Assembly (NCBI GenBank): GCA_964016885.1
Contig: OZ024744.1
Location: 99,386,001-99,450,000 of the forward strand
DNA: 64,000 bases
DNA from: Eledone cirrhosa
Lineage: Eukaryota
Reading direction: 5' to 3'
Positions 36,901 to 49,313 of this stretch are shown piece after piece (within the stretch, counting starts at the first letter, position 1; each line of letters begins with the position of its first letter). The notes under the pieces are model-generated. The model was not told the DNA's origin. It ran no database searches and was given only the letters and a program-made list of their open reading frames with translations. Made by a program: the position numbers and the translations under genes.

Positions 36901-39900
36901 AGTACTGTTTTGTACTTTTCAACAATGTCTTGTTAATGTGGTTTTGTGTGGTACAGGATGTTAACAGTTAATGTGATACAGTCATAGTACTGTTTTGTAC
37001 TTTTCAACAATGTCTTGTTAATGTGGTTTCATGTGGTACAGGATGTTAAGAGTTAATGTGATACAGTCATAGTACTGTTTTGTACTTTTCAAGAATGTAT
37101 TGTTAATGTGGTTTCATGTGGTACAGGATGTTAAGAGTTAATGTGATGCAGTCATAGTACTGTTTTGTACTTTTCAACAATGTCTTGTTAATGTGGTTTC
37201 ATGTGGTACAGGATGTTAACAGTTAATGTGATATAGTCATAGTAGTGTTTTGTACTTTTCAAGTATGTCTTGTTAATGTGGTTATATGTGGTACAGGATG
37301 TTAACAGTTAATGTGATACTGTCATAGTAGTGTTTTGTACTTTTCAACAATGTCTTGTTAATGTGGTTTAATGTGGTACAGGATGTTAAGAGTTAATGTG
37401 ATACAGTCATAGTACTGTTTCGTACTTTTCAAGAATGTCTTGTTAATGTGGTTTCATGTGGTACAGGATGTTAACAGTTAATGTGATACTGTCATAGTAC
37501 TGTTTTGTACTTTTCAACAATGTCTTGTTATTGTGGTTTCATGAGGTACAGGATGTTAACAGTTAATGTGATACAGTCATCATACTGTTTTGTACTTTTC
37601 AACAATGTCTTGTTAATGTGGTTTCATGTGGTACAGGATGTTAAGAGTTAATGTGATACAGTCATAGTACTGTTTCATACTTTTCAACAATGTCTTGTTA
37701 ACGTGGTTTCATGTGGTACAGGAGGTTAAGAGTTAATGTGATAGTCATAATACTGTTTTGTAGTTTTCAACAATATCTTGTTAATGTGGTTTCATGTGGT
37801 ACAGGATGTTAAGAGTTAATGTGATACAGTGATAGTACTGTTTTGTACTTTTCAACAATGTCTTGTTATTGTGGTTTCATGTGGTACAGGATGTTAAGAG
37901 TTAATGTGATACAGTCATAGTACTGTTTTGTACTTTTCAACAATGTCTTGTTAATGTGGTTTTGTGTGGTACAGGATGTTAACAGTTAATGTGATACAGT
38001 CATCGTACTGTTTTGTACTTTTCAACAATGTCTTGTTAATGTGGTTTCATGTGGTACAGGATGTTAACAGTTAATGTGATACAGTCATAGTAATGTTTTG
38101 TACTTTTCAACAATGTCTTGTTAATGTGGTTTCATGTGGTACAGGATGTTAAGAGTAAATGTGATACAGTCATAGTACTGTTTTGTACTTTTCAACAATA
38201 TCTTGTTAATGTGGTTTCATGTGGTACAGGATGTTAAGAGTAAATGTGATACAGTCATAGTAATGTTTTGTACTTTTCAACAATGTCTTGTTAATGTGGT
38301 TTCATGTGGTACAGGATGTTAAGCGTTAATGTGATACAGTCATAGTACTGTTTTGTACTTTTCAACAATATCTTGTTAATGTGGTTTCATGTGGTACAGG
38401 ATGTTAAGATTTAATGTGATACAGTCATAGTACTGTTTTGTACTTTTCAACAATGTCTTGTTAATGTGGTTTCATGCGGTACAGGCTGTTAAGAGTAAAT
38501 GTGATACAGTCATAGTACTGTTTTGTACTTTTCAAGAATGTCTTGTTAATGTGGTTTCATGTGGTACAGGATGTTAAGAGTTAATGTGATGCAGTCATAG
38601 TACTGTTTTGTACTTTTCAACAATGTCTTGTTAATGTGGTTTCATGTGGTACAGGATGTTAACAGTTAATGTGATATAGTCATAGTAGTGTTTTGTACTT
38701 TTCAAGTATGTCTTGTTAATGTGGTTATATGTGGTACAGGATGTTAACATTTAATGTGATACTGTCGTAGTAGTGTTTTGTACTTTTCAACAATGTCTTG
38801 TTAATGTGGTTTAATGTGGTACAGGATGTTAAGAGTTAATGTGATACAGTCATAGTACTGTTTTGTACTTTTCAAGAATGTCTTGTTAATGTGGTTTCAT
38901 GTGGTACAGGATGTTAACAGTTAATGTGATACTGTCATAGTACTGTTTTGTACTTTTCAACAATGTCTTGTTAATGTGGTTTCATGTGGTACGGGATGTT
39001 AAGAGTGAATGTGATACAGTCATAGTACTGTTTTGTACTTTTCAACAGTGTCTTGTTATTGTGGTTTCATGTGGTACTGGATGTTAAGAGTTAATGTGAT
39101 ACAGTCATAGTACTGTTTTGTACTTTTCAACAATGTCTTGTTATTGTGGTTTCATGTGGTACAGGATGTTAAGAGTTAATGTGATACAGTCATAGTACTG
39201 TTTTGTAATTTTCAACAATGTCTTGTTAATTTGGTTTCATGTGGTACAGGATGTTATGAGTTAATGTGATACAGTCATAGTACTGTTTTGTACTTTTCAA
39301 GAATGTCTTGCTAATGTGGTTTCATGTGGTACAGGATGTTAACAGTTAATGTGATACAGTCATAGTACTGTTTTGTACTTTTCAACAATGCCTTGCTAAT
39401 GTGGTTTCATGTGGTACAGGATGTTAACAGTTAATGTGATACAGTCATAGTACTGTTTTGTACTTTTCAACAATGTCTTGCTAATGTGGTTTCATGCGGT
39501 ACAGGAAGTTAAGAGTTAATGTGATACAGTCATAGTACTGTTTTGTACTTTTCTAGTATGTCTTGTTAATGTGGTTTCATGTGGTACAGGATGTTAAGAG
39601 TAAATGTGATACAGTCATAGTAATGTTTTGTACTTTTCAAGAATGTCTTGTTAATGTGGTTTCATGTGGTACAGGATGTTAACAGTTAATGTGATACTGT
39701 CATAGTACTGTTTTGTACTTTTCAACAATGTCTTGTTATTGTGGTTTCATGAGGTACAGGATGTTAACAGTTAATGTGATACAGTCATCATACTGTTTTG
39801 TACTTTTCAACAATGTCTTGTTAATGTGGTTTCATGTGGTACAGGATGTTAACAGTTAATGTGATACAGTCATCGTACTGTTTTGTACTTTTCAAGAATG

Positions 39901-42900
39901 TCTTGTTAATGTGGTTTCATGTGGTACGGGATGTTAAGAGTGAATGTGATACAGTCATAGAACTGTATTGTACTGTTCAACAATGTCTTGTTAATGTGGT
40001 TTCATGTGGTACAGGATGTTAAGAGTGAATGTGATACAGTCATAGTACTGTTTTGTACTTTTCAACAGTCTCTTGTTATTGTGGTTTCATGTGGTACTGG
40101 ATGTTAACAGTTAATGTGATACAGTCATAGTACTGTTTTGTACTTTTCAACAATGTCTTGTTATTGTGGTTTCATGTGGTACAGGATGTTAAGAGTTAAT
40201 GTGATACAGTCATAGTACTGTTTTGTAATTTTCAACAATGTCTTGTTAATTTGGTTTCATGTGGTACAGGATGTTATGAGTTAATGTGATACAGTCATAG
40301 TACTGTTTTGTACTTTTCAAGAATGTCTTGCTAATGTGGTTTCATGTGGTACAGGATGTTAAGAGTTAATGTGATACAGTCATAGTACTGTTTTGTACTT
40401 TTCAACAATGTCTTGTTAATGTGGTTTCATGTGGTACAGGATGTTAACAGTTAATGTGATACAGTCATAGTACTGTTTTGTACTTTTCAACAATGCCTTG
40501 CTAATGTGGTTTCATGTGGTACAGGATGTTAACAGTTAATGTGATACAGTCATAGTACTGTTTTGTACTTTTCAACAATGTCTTGCTAATGTGGCTTCAT
40601 GCGGTACAGGAAGTTAAGAGTTAATGTGATACAGTCATAGTACTGTTTTGTACTTTTCTAGTATGTCTTGTTAATGTGGTTTCATGTGGTACAGGATGTT
40701 AAGAGTGAATGTGATACAGTTATAGTACTGTTTTGTACTTTTCAACAATGTCTTGTTAATGTGGTTTCATGTGGTACAGGATGTTAAGAGTTAATGTGAT
40801 ACAGTCATAGTACTGTTTTGTACTTTTGAACAATGTCTTGTTAATGTGGTTTTGTCTGGTACAGGATGCTAACAGTTAATGTGATACAGTCATAGTACTA
40901 TTTTGTACTTTTCAACAATATCTTGTTAACGTGGTTTCATGTGGTACAGGATGTTAACATTTAATGTGATACAGTCATAGTACTGTTTTGTACTTTTCAA
41001 CAATGTCTTGTTAATGTGGTTTCATGTGGTACAGGATGCTAAGAGTTAATGTGATACAGTCATAGTAGTGTTTTGTACTTTTCAACAATGTCTTGTTAAT
41101 GTGGTTTAATGTGGTACAGGATGTTAAGAGTTAATGTGATACAGTCATAGTACTGTTTTGTACTTTTCAACAATGTCTTGTTAATGTGGTTTCATGTGGT
41201 ACAGGATGCTAAGAGTTAATGTGATACAGTCATAGTAGTGTTTTGTACTTTTCAACAATGTGTTGTTAATGTGGTTTAATGTGGTACAGGATGTTAAGAG
41301 TTAATGTGACACAGTCATAGTACTGTTTTGTACTTTTCAACAGTGTCTTGTTAATGTGGTTTCATGTGGTACAGGATGTTAAGAGTTAATGTGATACAGT
41401 GATAATACTGTTTTGTAGTTTTCAACAATATCTTGTTAATGTGGTTTCATGTGGTACAGGATGTTAAGAATAAATGTGATACACTCATAGTACTGTTTTG
41501 TACTTTTCAAGAACGCTTTGTTAATGTGGTTTCATGTGGTACAGGATGTTAAGAGTTAATGTGATACAGTCATAATACTGTTTTGTACTTTTCAACAATG
41601 TCTTGTTAATGTGGTTTCATGTGGTACAGGATGTTAACAGTTAATGTGATATAGTCATAGTAGTGTTTTGTACTTTTCAAGTATGTCTTGTTAATGTGGT
41701 TATATGTGGTACAGGATGTTAAGAGTTTATGTGATACAGTCATAATACTGTTTCATACTTTTCAAGAATGTCTTGCTAATGTGGTTTCATGTGGTACAGG
41801 ATGTTAACAGTTAATGTGATACAGTCATAGTACTGTTTTGTACTTTTCAACAATGTCTTGTTAATGTGGTTTCATGTGGTACAGGATGTTAACAGTTAAT
41901 GTGATACAGTCATAGTACTGTTTTGTACTTTTCAACAATGCCTTGCTAATGTGGTTTCATGTGGTACAGGATGTTAACAGTTAATGTGATACAGTCATAG
42001 TACTGTTTTGTACTTTTCAACAATGTCTTGCTAATGTGGTTTCATGCGGTACAGGAAGTTAAGAGTTAATGTGATACAGTCATAGTACTGTTTTGTACTT
42101 TTCTAGTATGTCTTGTTAATGTGGTTTCATGTGGTACAGGATGTTAAGAGTAAATGTGATACAGTCATAGTAATGTTTTGTACTTTTCAACAATGTCTTG
42201 TTAATGTGGTTTCATGTGGTACAGGATGTTAAGAGTTAATGTGATACAGTCATAGTACTGTTTTGTACTTTTCAACAATATCTTGTTAATGTGGTTTCAT
42301 GTGGTACAGGATGTTAAGATTTAATGTGATACAGTCATAGTACTGTTTTGTACTTTTCAACAATGTCTTGTTAATGTGGTTTCATGCGTTACAGGATGTT
42401 AAGAGTAAATGTGATACAGTCATAGTACTGTTTTGTACTTTTCAAGAATGTCTTGTTAATGTGGTTTCATGTGGTACAGGATGTTAAGAGTTAATGTGAT
42501 GCAGTCATAGTACTGTTTTGTACTTTTCAACAATGTCTTGTTAATGTGGTTTCATGTGGTACAGGATGTTAACAGTTAATGTGATATAGTCATAGTAGTG
42601 TTTTGTACTTTTCAAGTATGTCTTGTTAATGTGGTTATATGTGGTACAGGATGTTAACATTTAATGTGATACTGTCATAGTACTGTTTTGTACTTTTCAA
42701 CAATGTCTTGTTATTGTGGTTTCATGAGGTACAGGATGTTAACAGTTAATGTGATACAGTCATCATACTGTTTTGTACTTTTCAACAATGTCTTGTTAAT
42801 GTGGTTTCATGTGGTACAGGATGTTAACAGTTAATGTGATACAGTCATCGTACTGTTTTGTACTTTTCAAGAATGTCTTGTTAATGTGGTTTCATGTGGT

Positions 42901-45900
42901 ACGGGATGTTAAGAGTGAATGTGATACAGTCATAGAACTGTTTTGTACTGTTCATCAATGTCTTGTTAATGTGGTTTCATGTGGTACAGGATGTTAAGAG
43001 TGAATGTGATACAGTCATAGTACTGTTTTGTACTTTTCAACAGTGTCTTGTTATTGTGGTTTCATGTGGTACTGGATGTTAACAGTTAATGTGATACAGT
43101 CATAGTACTGTTTTGTACTTTTCAACAATGTCTTGTTATTGTGGTTTCATGTGGTACAGGATGTTAAGAGTTAATGTGATACAGTCATAGTACTGTTTTG
43201 TAATTTTCAACAATGTCTTGTTAATTTGGTTTCATGTGGTACAGGATGTTATGAGTTAATGTGATACAGTCATAGTACTGTTTTGTACTTTTCAAGAATG
43301 TCTTGCTAATGTGGTTTCATGTGGTACAGGATGTTAAGAGTTAATGTGATACAGTCATAGTACTGTTTTGTACTTTTCAACAATGTCTTGTTAATGTGGT
43401 TTCATGTGGTACAGGATGTTAACTGTTAATGTGATACAGTCATAGTACTGTTTTGTACTTTTCAACAATGCCTTGCTAATGTGGTTTCATGTGGTACAGG
43501 ATGTTAACAGTTAATGTGATACAGTCATAGTACTGTTTTGTACTTTTCAACAATGTCTTGCTAATGTGGTTTCATGCGGTACAGGAAGTTAAGAGTTAAT
43601 GTGATACAGTCATAGTACTGTTTTGTACTTTTCTAGTATGTCTTGTTAATGTGGTTTCATGTGGTACAGGATGTTAAGAGTGAATGTGATACAGTTATAG
43701 TACTGTTTTGTACTTTTCAACAATGTCTTGTTAATGTGGTTTCATGTGGTACAGGATGTTAAGAGTTAATGTGATACAGTCATAGTACTGTTTTGTACTT
43801 TTGAACAATGTCTTGTTAATGTGGTTTTGTCTGGTACAGGATGTTAACAGTTAATGTGATACAGTCATAGTACTATTTTGTACTTTTCAACAATATCTTG
43901 TTAACGTGGTTTCATGTGGTACAGGATGTTAACATTTAATGTGATACAGTCATAGTACTGTTTTGTACTTTTCAACAATGTCTTGTTAATGTGGTTTCAT
44001 GTGGTACAGGATGCTAAGAGTTAATGTGATACAGTCATAGTAGTGTTTTGTACTTTTCAACAATGTCTTGTTAATGTGGTTTAATGTGGTACAGGATGTT
44101 AAGAGTTAATGTGATACAGTCATAGTACTGTTTTGTACTTTTCAACAATGTCTTGTTAATGTGGTTTCATGTGGTACAGGATGCTAAGAGTTAATGTGAT
44201 ACAGTCATAGTAGTGTTTTGTACTTTTCAACAATGTGTTGTTAATGTGGTTTCATGTGGTACAGGATGTTAAGAGTTAATGTGATACAGTCATAGTACTG
44301 TTTTGTACTTTTCAACAATGTCTTGTTAATGTGGTTTCATGTGGTACAGGATGCTAAGAGTTAATGTGATACAGTCATAGTAGTGTTTTGTACTTTTCAA
44401 CAATGTCTTGTTAATGTGGTTTAATGTGGTACAGGATGTTAAGAGTTAATGTGACACAGTCATAGTACTGTTTTGTACTTTTCAATAGTGTCTTGTTAAT
44501 GTGGTTTCATGTGGTACAGGATGTTAAGAGTTAATGTGATACAGTGATAATACTGTTTTGTAGTTTTCAACAATATCTTGTTAATGTGGTTTCATGTGGT
44601 ACAGGATGTTAAGAATAAATGTGATACACTCATAGTACTGTTTTGTACTTTTCAAGAACGTCTTGTTAATGTGGTTTCATGTGGTACAGGATGTTAAGAG
44701 TTAATGTGATACAGTCATAATACTGTTTTGTACTTTTCAACAATGTCTTGTTAACGTGGTTTCATGTGGTACAGGATGTTAAGAGTTAATGTGATACAGT
44801 CATAATACTGTTTTGTAGTTTTCAACAATATCTTGTTAATGTGGTTTCATGTGGTACAGGATGTTAAGAGTTAATGTGATACAGTCATAGTACTGTTTTG
44901 TACTTTTCAACAATGTCTTGTTATTGTGGTTTCATGTGGTACAGGATGTTAAGAGTAAATGTGATACAGTCATAGTACTGTTTTGTACTTTTCAACAATA
45001 TCTTGTTAACGTGGTTTCATGTGGTACAGGATGTTAACATTTAATGTGATACAGTCATAGTACTGTTTTGTACTTTTCAACAATGTCTTGTTAATGTGGT
45101 TTCATGTGGTACAGGATGCTAAGAGTTAATGTGATACAGTCATAGTAGTGTTTTGTACTTTTCAACAATGTCTTGTTAATGTGGTTCAATGTGGTACAGG
45201 ATGTTAAGAGTTAATGTGATACAGTCATAGTACTGTTTTGTACTTTTCAACAATGTCTTGTTAATGTGGTTTCATGCGGTACAGGATGTTAAGAGTAAAT
45301 GTGATACAGTCATAGTACTGTTTTGTACTTTTCAAGAATGTCTTGTTAATGTGGTTTCATGTGGTACAGGATGCTAAGAGTTAATGTGATACAGTCATAG
45401 TAGTGTTTTGTACTTTTCAACAATGTCTTGTTAATGTGGTTTAATGTGGTACAGGATGTTAAGAGTTAATGTGATACAGTCATAGTACTGTTTTGTACTT
45501 TTCAACAACGTCTTGTTAATGTGGTTTCATGTGGTACAGGATGCTAAGAGTTAATGTGATACAGTCATAGTAGTGTTTTGTACTTTTCAACAATGTCTTG
45601 TTAATGTGGTTTAATGTGGTACAGGATGTTAAGAGTTAATGTGACACAGTCATAGTACTGTTTTGTACTTTTCAACAGTGTCTTGTTAATGTGGTTTCAT
45701 GTGGTACAGGATGTTAAGAGTTAATGTGATACAGTCATAATACTGTTTTGTAGTTTTCAACAATATCTTGTTAATGTGGTTTCATGTGGTACAGGATGTT
45801 AAGAGTTAATGTGATACAGTCATAGTACTGTTTTGTACTTTTCAACAATGTCTTGTTATTGTGGTTTCATGTGGTACAGGATGTTAAGAGTTAATGTGAT

Positions 45901-47460
45901 ACAGTCATAGTACTGTTTTGTACTTTTCAACAATGTCTTGTTAATGTGGTTTTGTGTGGTACAGGATGTTAACAGTTAATGTAATGCAGTCATAGTACTG
46001 TTTTGTACTTTTCAACAATGTCTTGTTAATGTGGTTTCATGTGGTACAGGATGTTAACAGTTAATGTGATACAGTCATAGTACTGTTTTGTACTTTTCAA
46101 CAGTGTCTTGTTAATGTGGTTTCATGTGGTACAGGATGTTAACAGTTAATGTGATACAGTCATAGTACTGTTTTGTACTTTTCAAGAATGTCTTGCTAAT
46201 GTGGTTTCATGTGGTACAGGATGTTAACAGTTAATGTGATACAGTCATAGTACTGTTTTGTACTTTTCAAGAATGTCTTGTTAATGTGGTTTCATGTGGT
46301 ACAGGATGTTAAGAGTTAATGTGATGCAGTCATAGTACTGTTTTGTACTTTTCAACAATGTCTTGTTAATGTGGTTTCATGTGGTACAGGATGTTAACAG
46401 TTAATGTGATATAGTCATAGTAGTGTTTTGTATTTTTCAAGTATGTCTTGTTAATGTGGTTATATGTGGTACAGGATGTTAACAGTTAATGTGATACTGT
46501 CATAGTAGTGTTTTGTACTTTTCAACAATGTCTTGTTAATGTGGTTTAATGTGGTACAGGATGTTAAGAGTTAATGTGATACAGTCATAGTACTGTTTTG
46601 TACTTTTCAAGAATGTCTTGTTAATGTGGTACAGGATGTTAAGAGTGAATGTGATACTGTCATAGTACTGTTTTGTACTTTTCAAGAATGTCTTGTTAAT
46701 GTGGTTTCATGTGGTACAGGATGTTAACAGTTAATGTGATACAGTCATCGTACTGTTTTGTACTTTTCAACAATGTCTTGTTAATGTGGTTTCATGTGGT
46801 ACAGGATGTTAACAGTTAATGTGATACAGTCATCGTACTGTTTTGTACTTTTCAAGAATGTCTTGTTAATGTGGTTTCATGTGGTACAGGATGTTAACAG
46901 TTAATGTGATACAGTCATAGTACTGTTTTGTACTTTTCAACAATGTCTTGTTAATGTGGTTTCCTGTGGTACAGGATGTTAAGAGTTAATGTGATACAGT
47001 CATAGTACTGTTTTGTACTTTTCAACAATGTCTTGTTAATGTGGTTTCCTGTGGTACAGGATGTTAAGAGTGAATGTGATACAGTCATAGTACTGTTTTG
47101 TACTTTTCAACAATGTCTTGTTAATGTGGTTTCATGTGGTACAGGATGTTAAGAGTTAATGTGATACAGTCATAGTACTGTTTTGTACTTTTCAACAATG
47201 TCTTGTTAATGTGGTTTCCTGTGGTACAGGATGTTAAGAGTTAATGTGATACAGTCATAGTACTGTTTTGTACTTTTCAACAATGTCTTGTTAATGTGGT
47301 TTCCTGTGGTACAGGATGTTAAGAGTTAATGTGATACAGTCATAGTACTGTTTTGTACTTTTCAACAGTGTCTTGTTAATGTGGTTTCATGTGGTACAGG
47401 ATGTTAAGAGTTAATGTGATACAGTCATAGTACTGTTTTGTACTTTTCAAGAGTTAATGT
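18911..47460 (+). repeat. 85-bp AT-rich satellite DNA, ~336 copies, with higher-order repeats
   Basis: Unit gttaatgtggtttcatgtggtacaggatgttaa(g/c)agttaatgtgatacagtcatagtactgttttgtacttttcaacaatgtctt (period 18911, 18996, 19081). Only three indels noticed (~28331 +1, ~37741 -2, ~46630 -10). Confidence 0.99.
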
Positions 47461-47809
47461 TATTCCAGGTGGAGGTGTGAAGTGGGAGAACAAGTGGTTT
47501 CAACAAGAGACACAGAAACATTTGTTTCCTCACATAGTCACATAGATATGACACAGCTGAAGTTTTTTTTTTACCCCCAGATGTTATATATTTATCATGT
47601 CACTAAGATATTATAGAATGTCTGAAGAGCAAAAATCTTTGCTTCATGATAATTTGGACAGCATTATTTGACATAAATTATCAAAAGATAACAATTCATA
47701 AAACTCATAGTTAAAAACACAAATGCATAATTTATCAAATAAATTTCTTTCTGGTTGTCAAATCATGTTTTCCTTTCAATTCACTTATACTACATCCTTC
47801 ATGCACATT

Positions 47810-48926
47810 AACATAACAAATGCATTGGAGCATACTTAACTTCTTTCTAGTCTCTGCAGTTGAGACTCATGTTTCACTGTCAGATAGCATTGTAGTTCAC
47901 AGACAGGCATCATACAGTCTACTCTTCACTCTGAGCAAGATGCCCTTTGTTGTAAGCTGAGGGATCAACTCTTAACCTTTTCCAGCCTGTTCTGATCCTG
48001 GCTATCACACTTTCAGTACATCCTCTCCCACTATTAATTTGTTCACATTGGTAACAAAAGCTGTCAACAACTTCTAAGGAGTCTCCCTGTCAACTGAAGG
48101 AATCTATTTCATGTGTGTTGTTAGTGCCTACACCTCTCCTGTGTATCTATCACATACAATGTCTATCTTTCCTGTTAATCTGCCTTGAATCCCACTACAT
48201 CTCTTGTGAGCCCATACTTTACACTGTGTGCACCTTACGGAATTTCTGCCCAACTTTTTCTGAAATATCGACCAAGGTCACTTCCCTGTTGGTATCACCC
48301 TCCAGTCCTCTTATTAGAACTTTTATCTTTACTAAGTTTACTTTTTGGCCATTCAACTCCGGGTTATTCTTCCATGCTTGAAATGTTGCTTCTAACTCTC
48401 CTACAGATTCAGCTATGAGGACTAGGTCATCAGCATATAGGGGCCCTCATGGGGTTCCTGTTTTAAACACCTCAGGGATGGCCTGAAGTATAATGATAAA
48501 TAGAAGTAGACTGAGGACTGAGCCCTGGTGGACTCCCACCTGTACTTCAAATTCATTACTGCTGACCTCACCCTGTTAGATGCTCCTCTAAACATGGTCT
48601 GTATGACCCTCACAAGCCATTTGTCTACACCTAGCTTCCTAAGTGCCCACCAGGCCTTCTCCAGATCTACAAATGCTAGATACAGAGGCTTAGTCTTAGC
48701 TAAATACCTGTCCTGTAGTTGTCTCACCAGAGAGAAGGCATCAGTAATGCCTCTCCCTGGCATAAATCTAAACTGTGCATCTCATCTAATTTGATTCTTT
48801 CCCTAATTAGTTGTGCTATAAACCCTTTCAGTAACTTTCATGACCTGGTCCATCAACTTGATACCCCTGTAGTTACTTCTCCCTAGTGTATTATCTTTGC
48901 CCTTGTACTAACTTACAGTGATACTG

Positions 48927-48928
<2 letters not shown>
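47810..48928 (-). mobile_element. Decayed RTE-clade LINE, reverse transcriptase region
   Basis: MPGRGITDAFSLVRQLQDRYLAKTKPLYLAFVDLEKA-WWALRKLGV, VGVHQGSVLS.LLFII, YADD (48437-48426), Cys/His segment RCTQCKVWAHKRCSG, EVVDSFCY; multiple frameshifts, stops and deletions. Confidence 0.92.

Positions 48929-48929
<1 letters not shown>

Positions 48930-48977
<48 letters not shown>
48930..48977. repeat. (TA)n microsatellite
   Basis: Direct reading. Confidence 0.97.
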
Positions 48978-48978
<1 letters not shown>

Positions 48979-49105
48979 CGAAGGAAATGTGGTAAGGAAC
49001 CAGGTGGACCTTAACGCACCAAAGTACTCAATACTTGAGGTAGTAGAGTGGGTAAGAATTAGCCGTCGAAACGGCTTGAGCTCAGCTGTCGGGGTCTTAC
49101 TGGTT

Positions 49106-49109
<4 letters not shown>
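48976..49109 (-). mobile_element. 134-bp internally deleted derivative of the 1091-2003 element
   Basis: Minus strand reads the left end 1091-1144 joined directly to the tail 1924-2003, with a few substitutions; flanked by (TA)n on both sides; keeps only the GAAA/stem III/GUC half of the hammerhead. Confidence 0.85.
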
Positions 49110-49178
<69 letters not shown>

Positions 49179-49200
49179 AGAGGGAGACAGAGAGAGAGAG
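49108..49200. repeat. (TA)n(AG)n compound microsatellite
   Basis: Direct reading. Confidence 0.97.
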
Positions 49201-49213
49201 TTAGAGGATCAAT

Positions 49214-49267
49214 ACTACCATAGCCACCACTACGATCGCTGCTGCCGCAACCACCTCCACCTCCACC

Positions 49268-49313
<46 letters not shown>

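Noticed and set aside
39834-42997. Duplicated 62-aa ORFs in the 85-bp satellite
   Set aside because: Chance loss of stop codons in variant monomers, duplicated by a 35-mer higher-order repeat.
8461-47460. CRISPR-like arrays (57-, 137- and 85-bp periodicity)
   Set aside because: Units are contiguous head-to-tail repeats with no unique spacers, there are no cas genes, and the context is eukaryotic.
48422-48763. Functional reverse transcriptase gene
   Set aside because: Deletions (e.g. after DLEKA), frameshifts and stops make it a dead LINE fragment.
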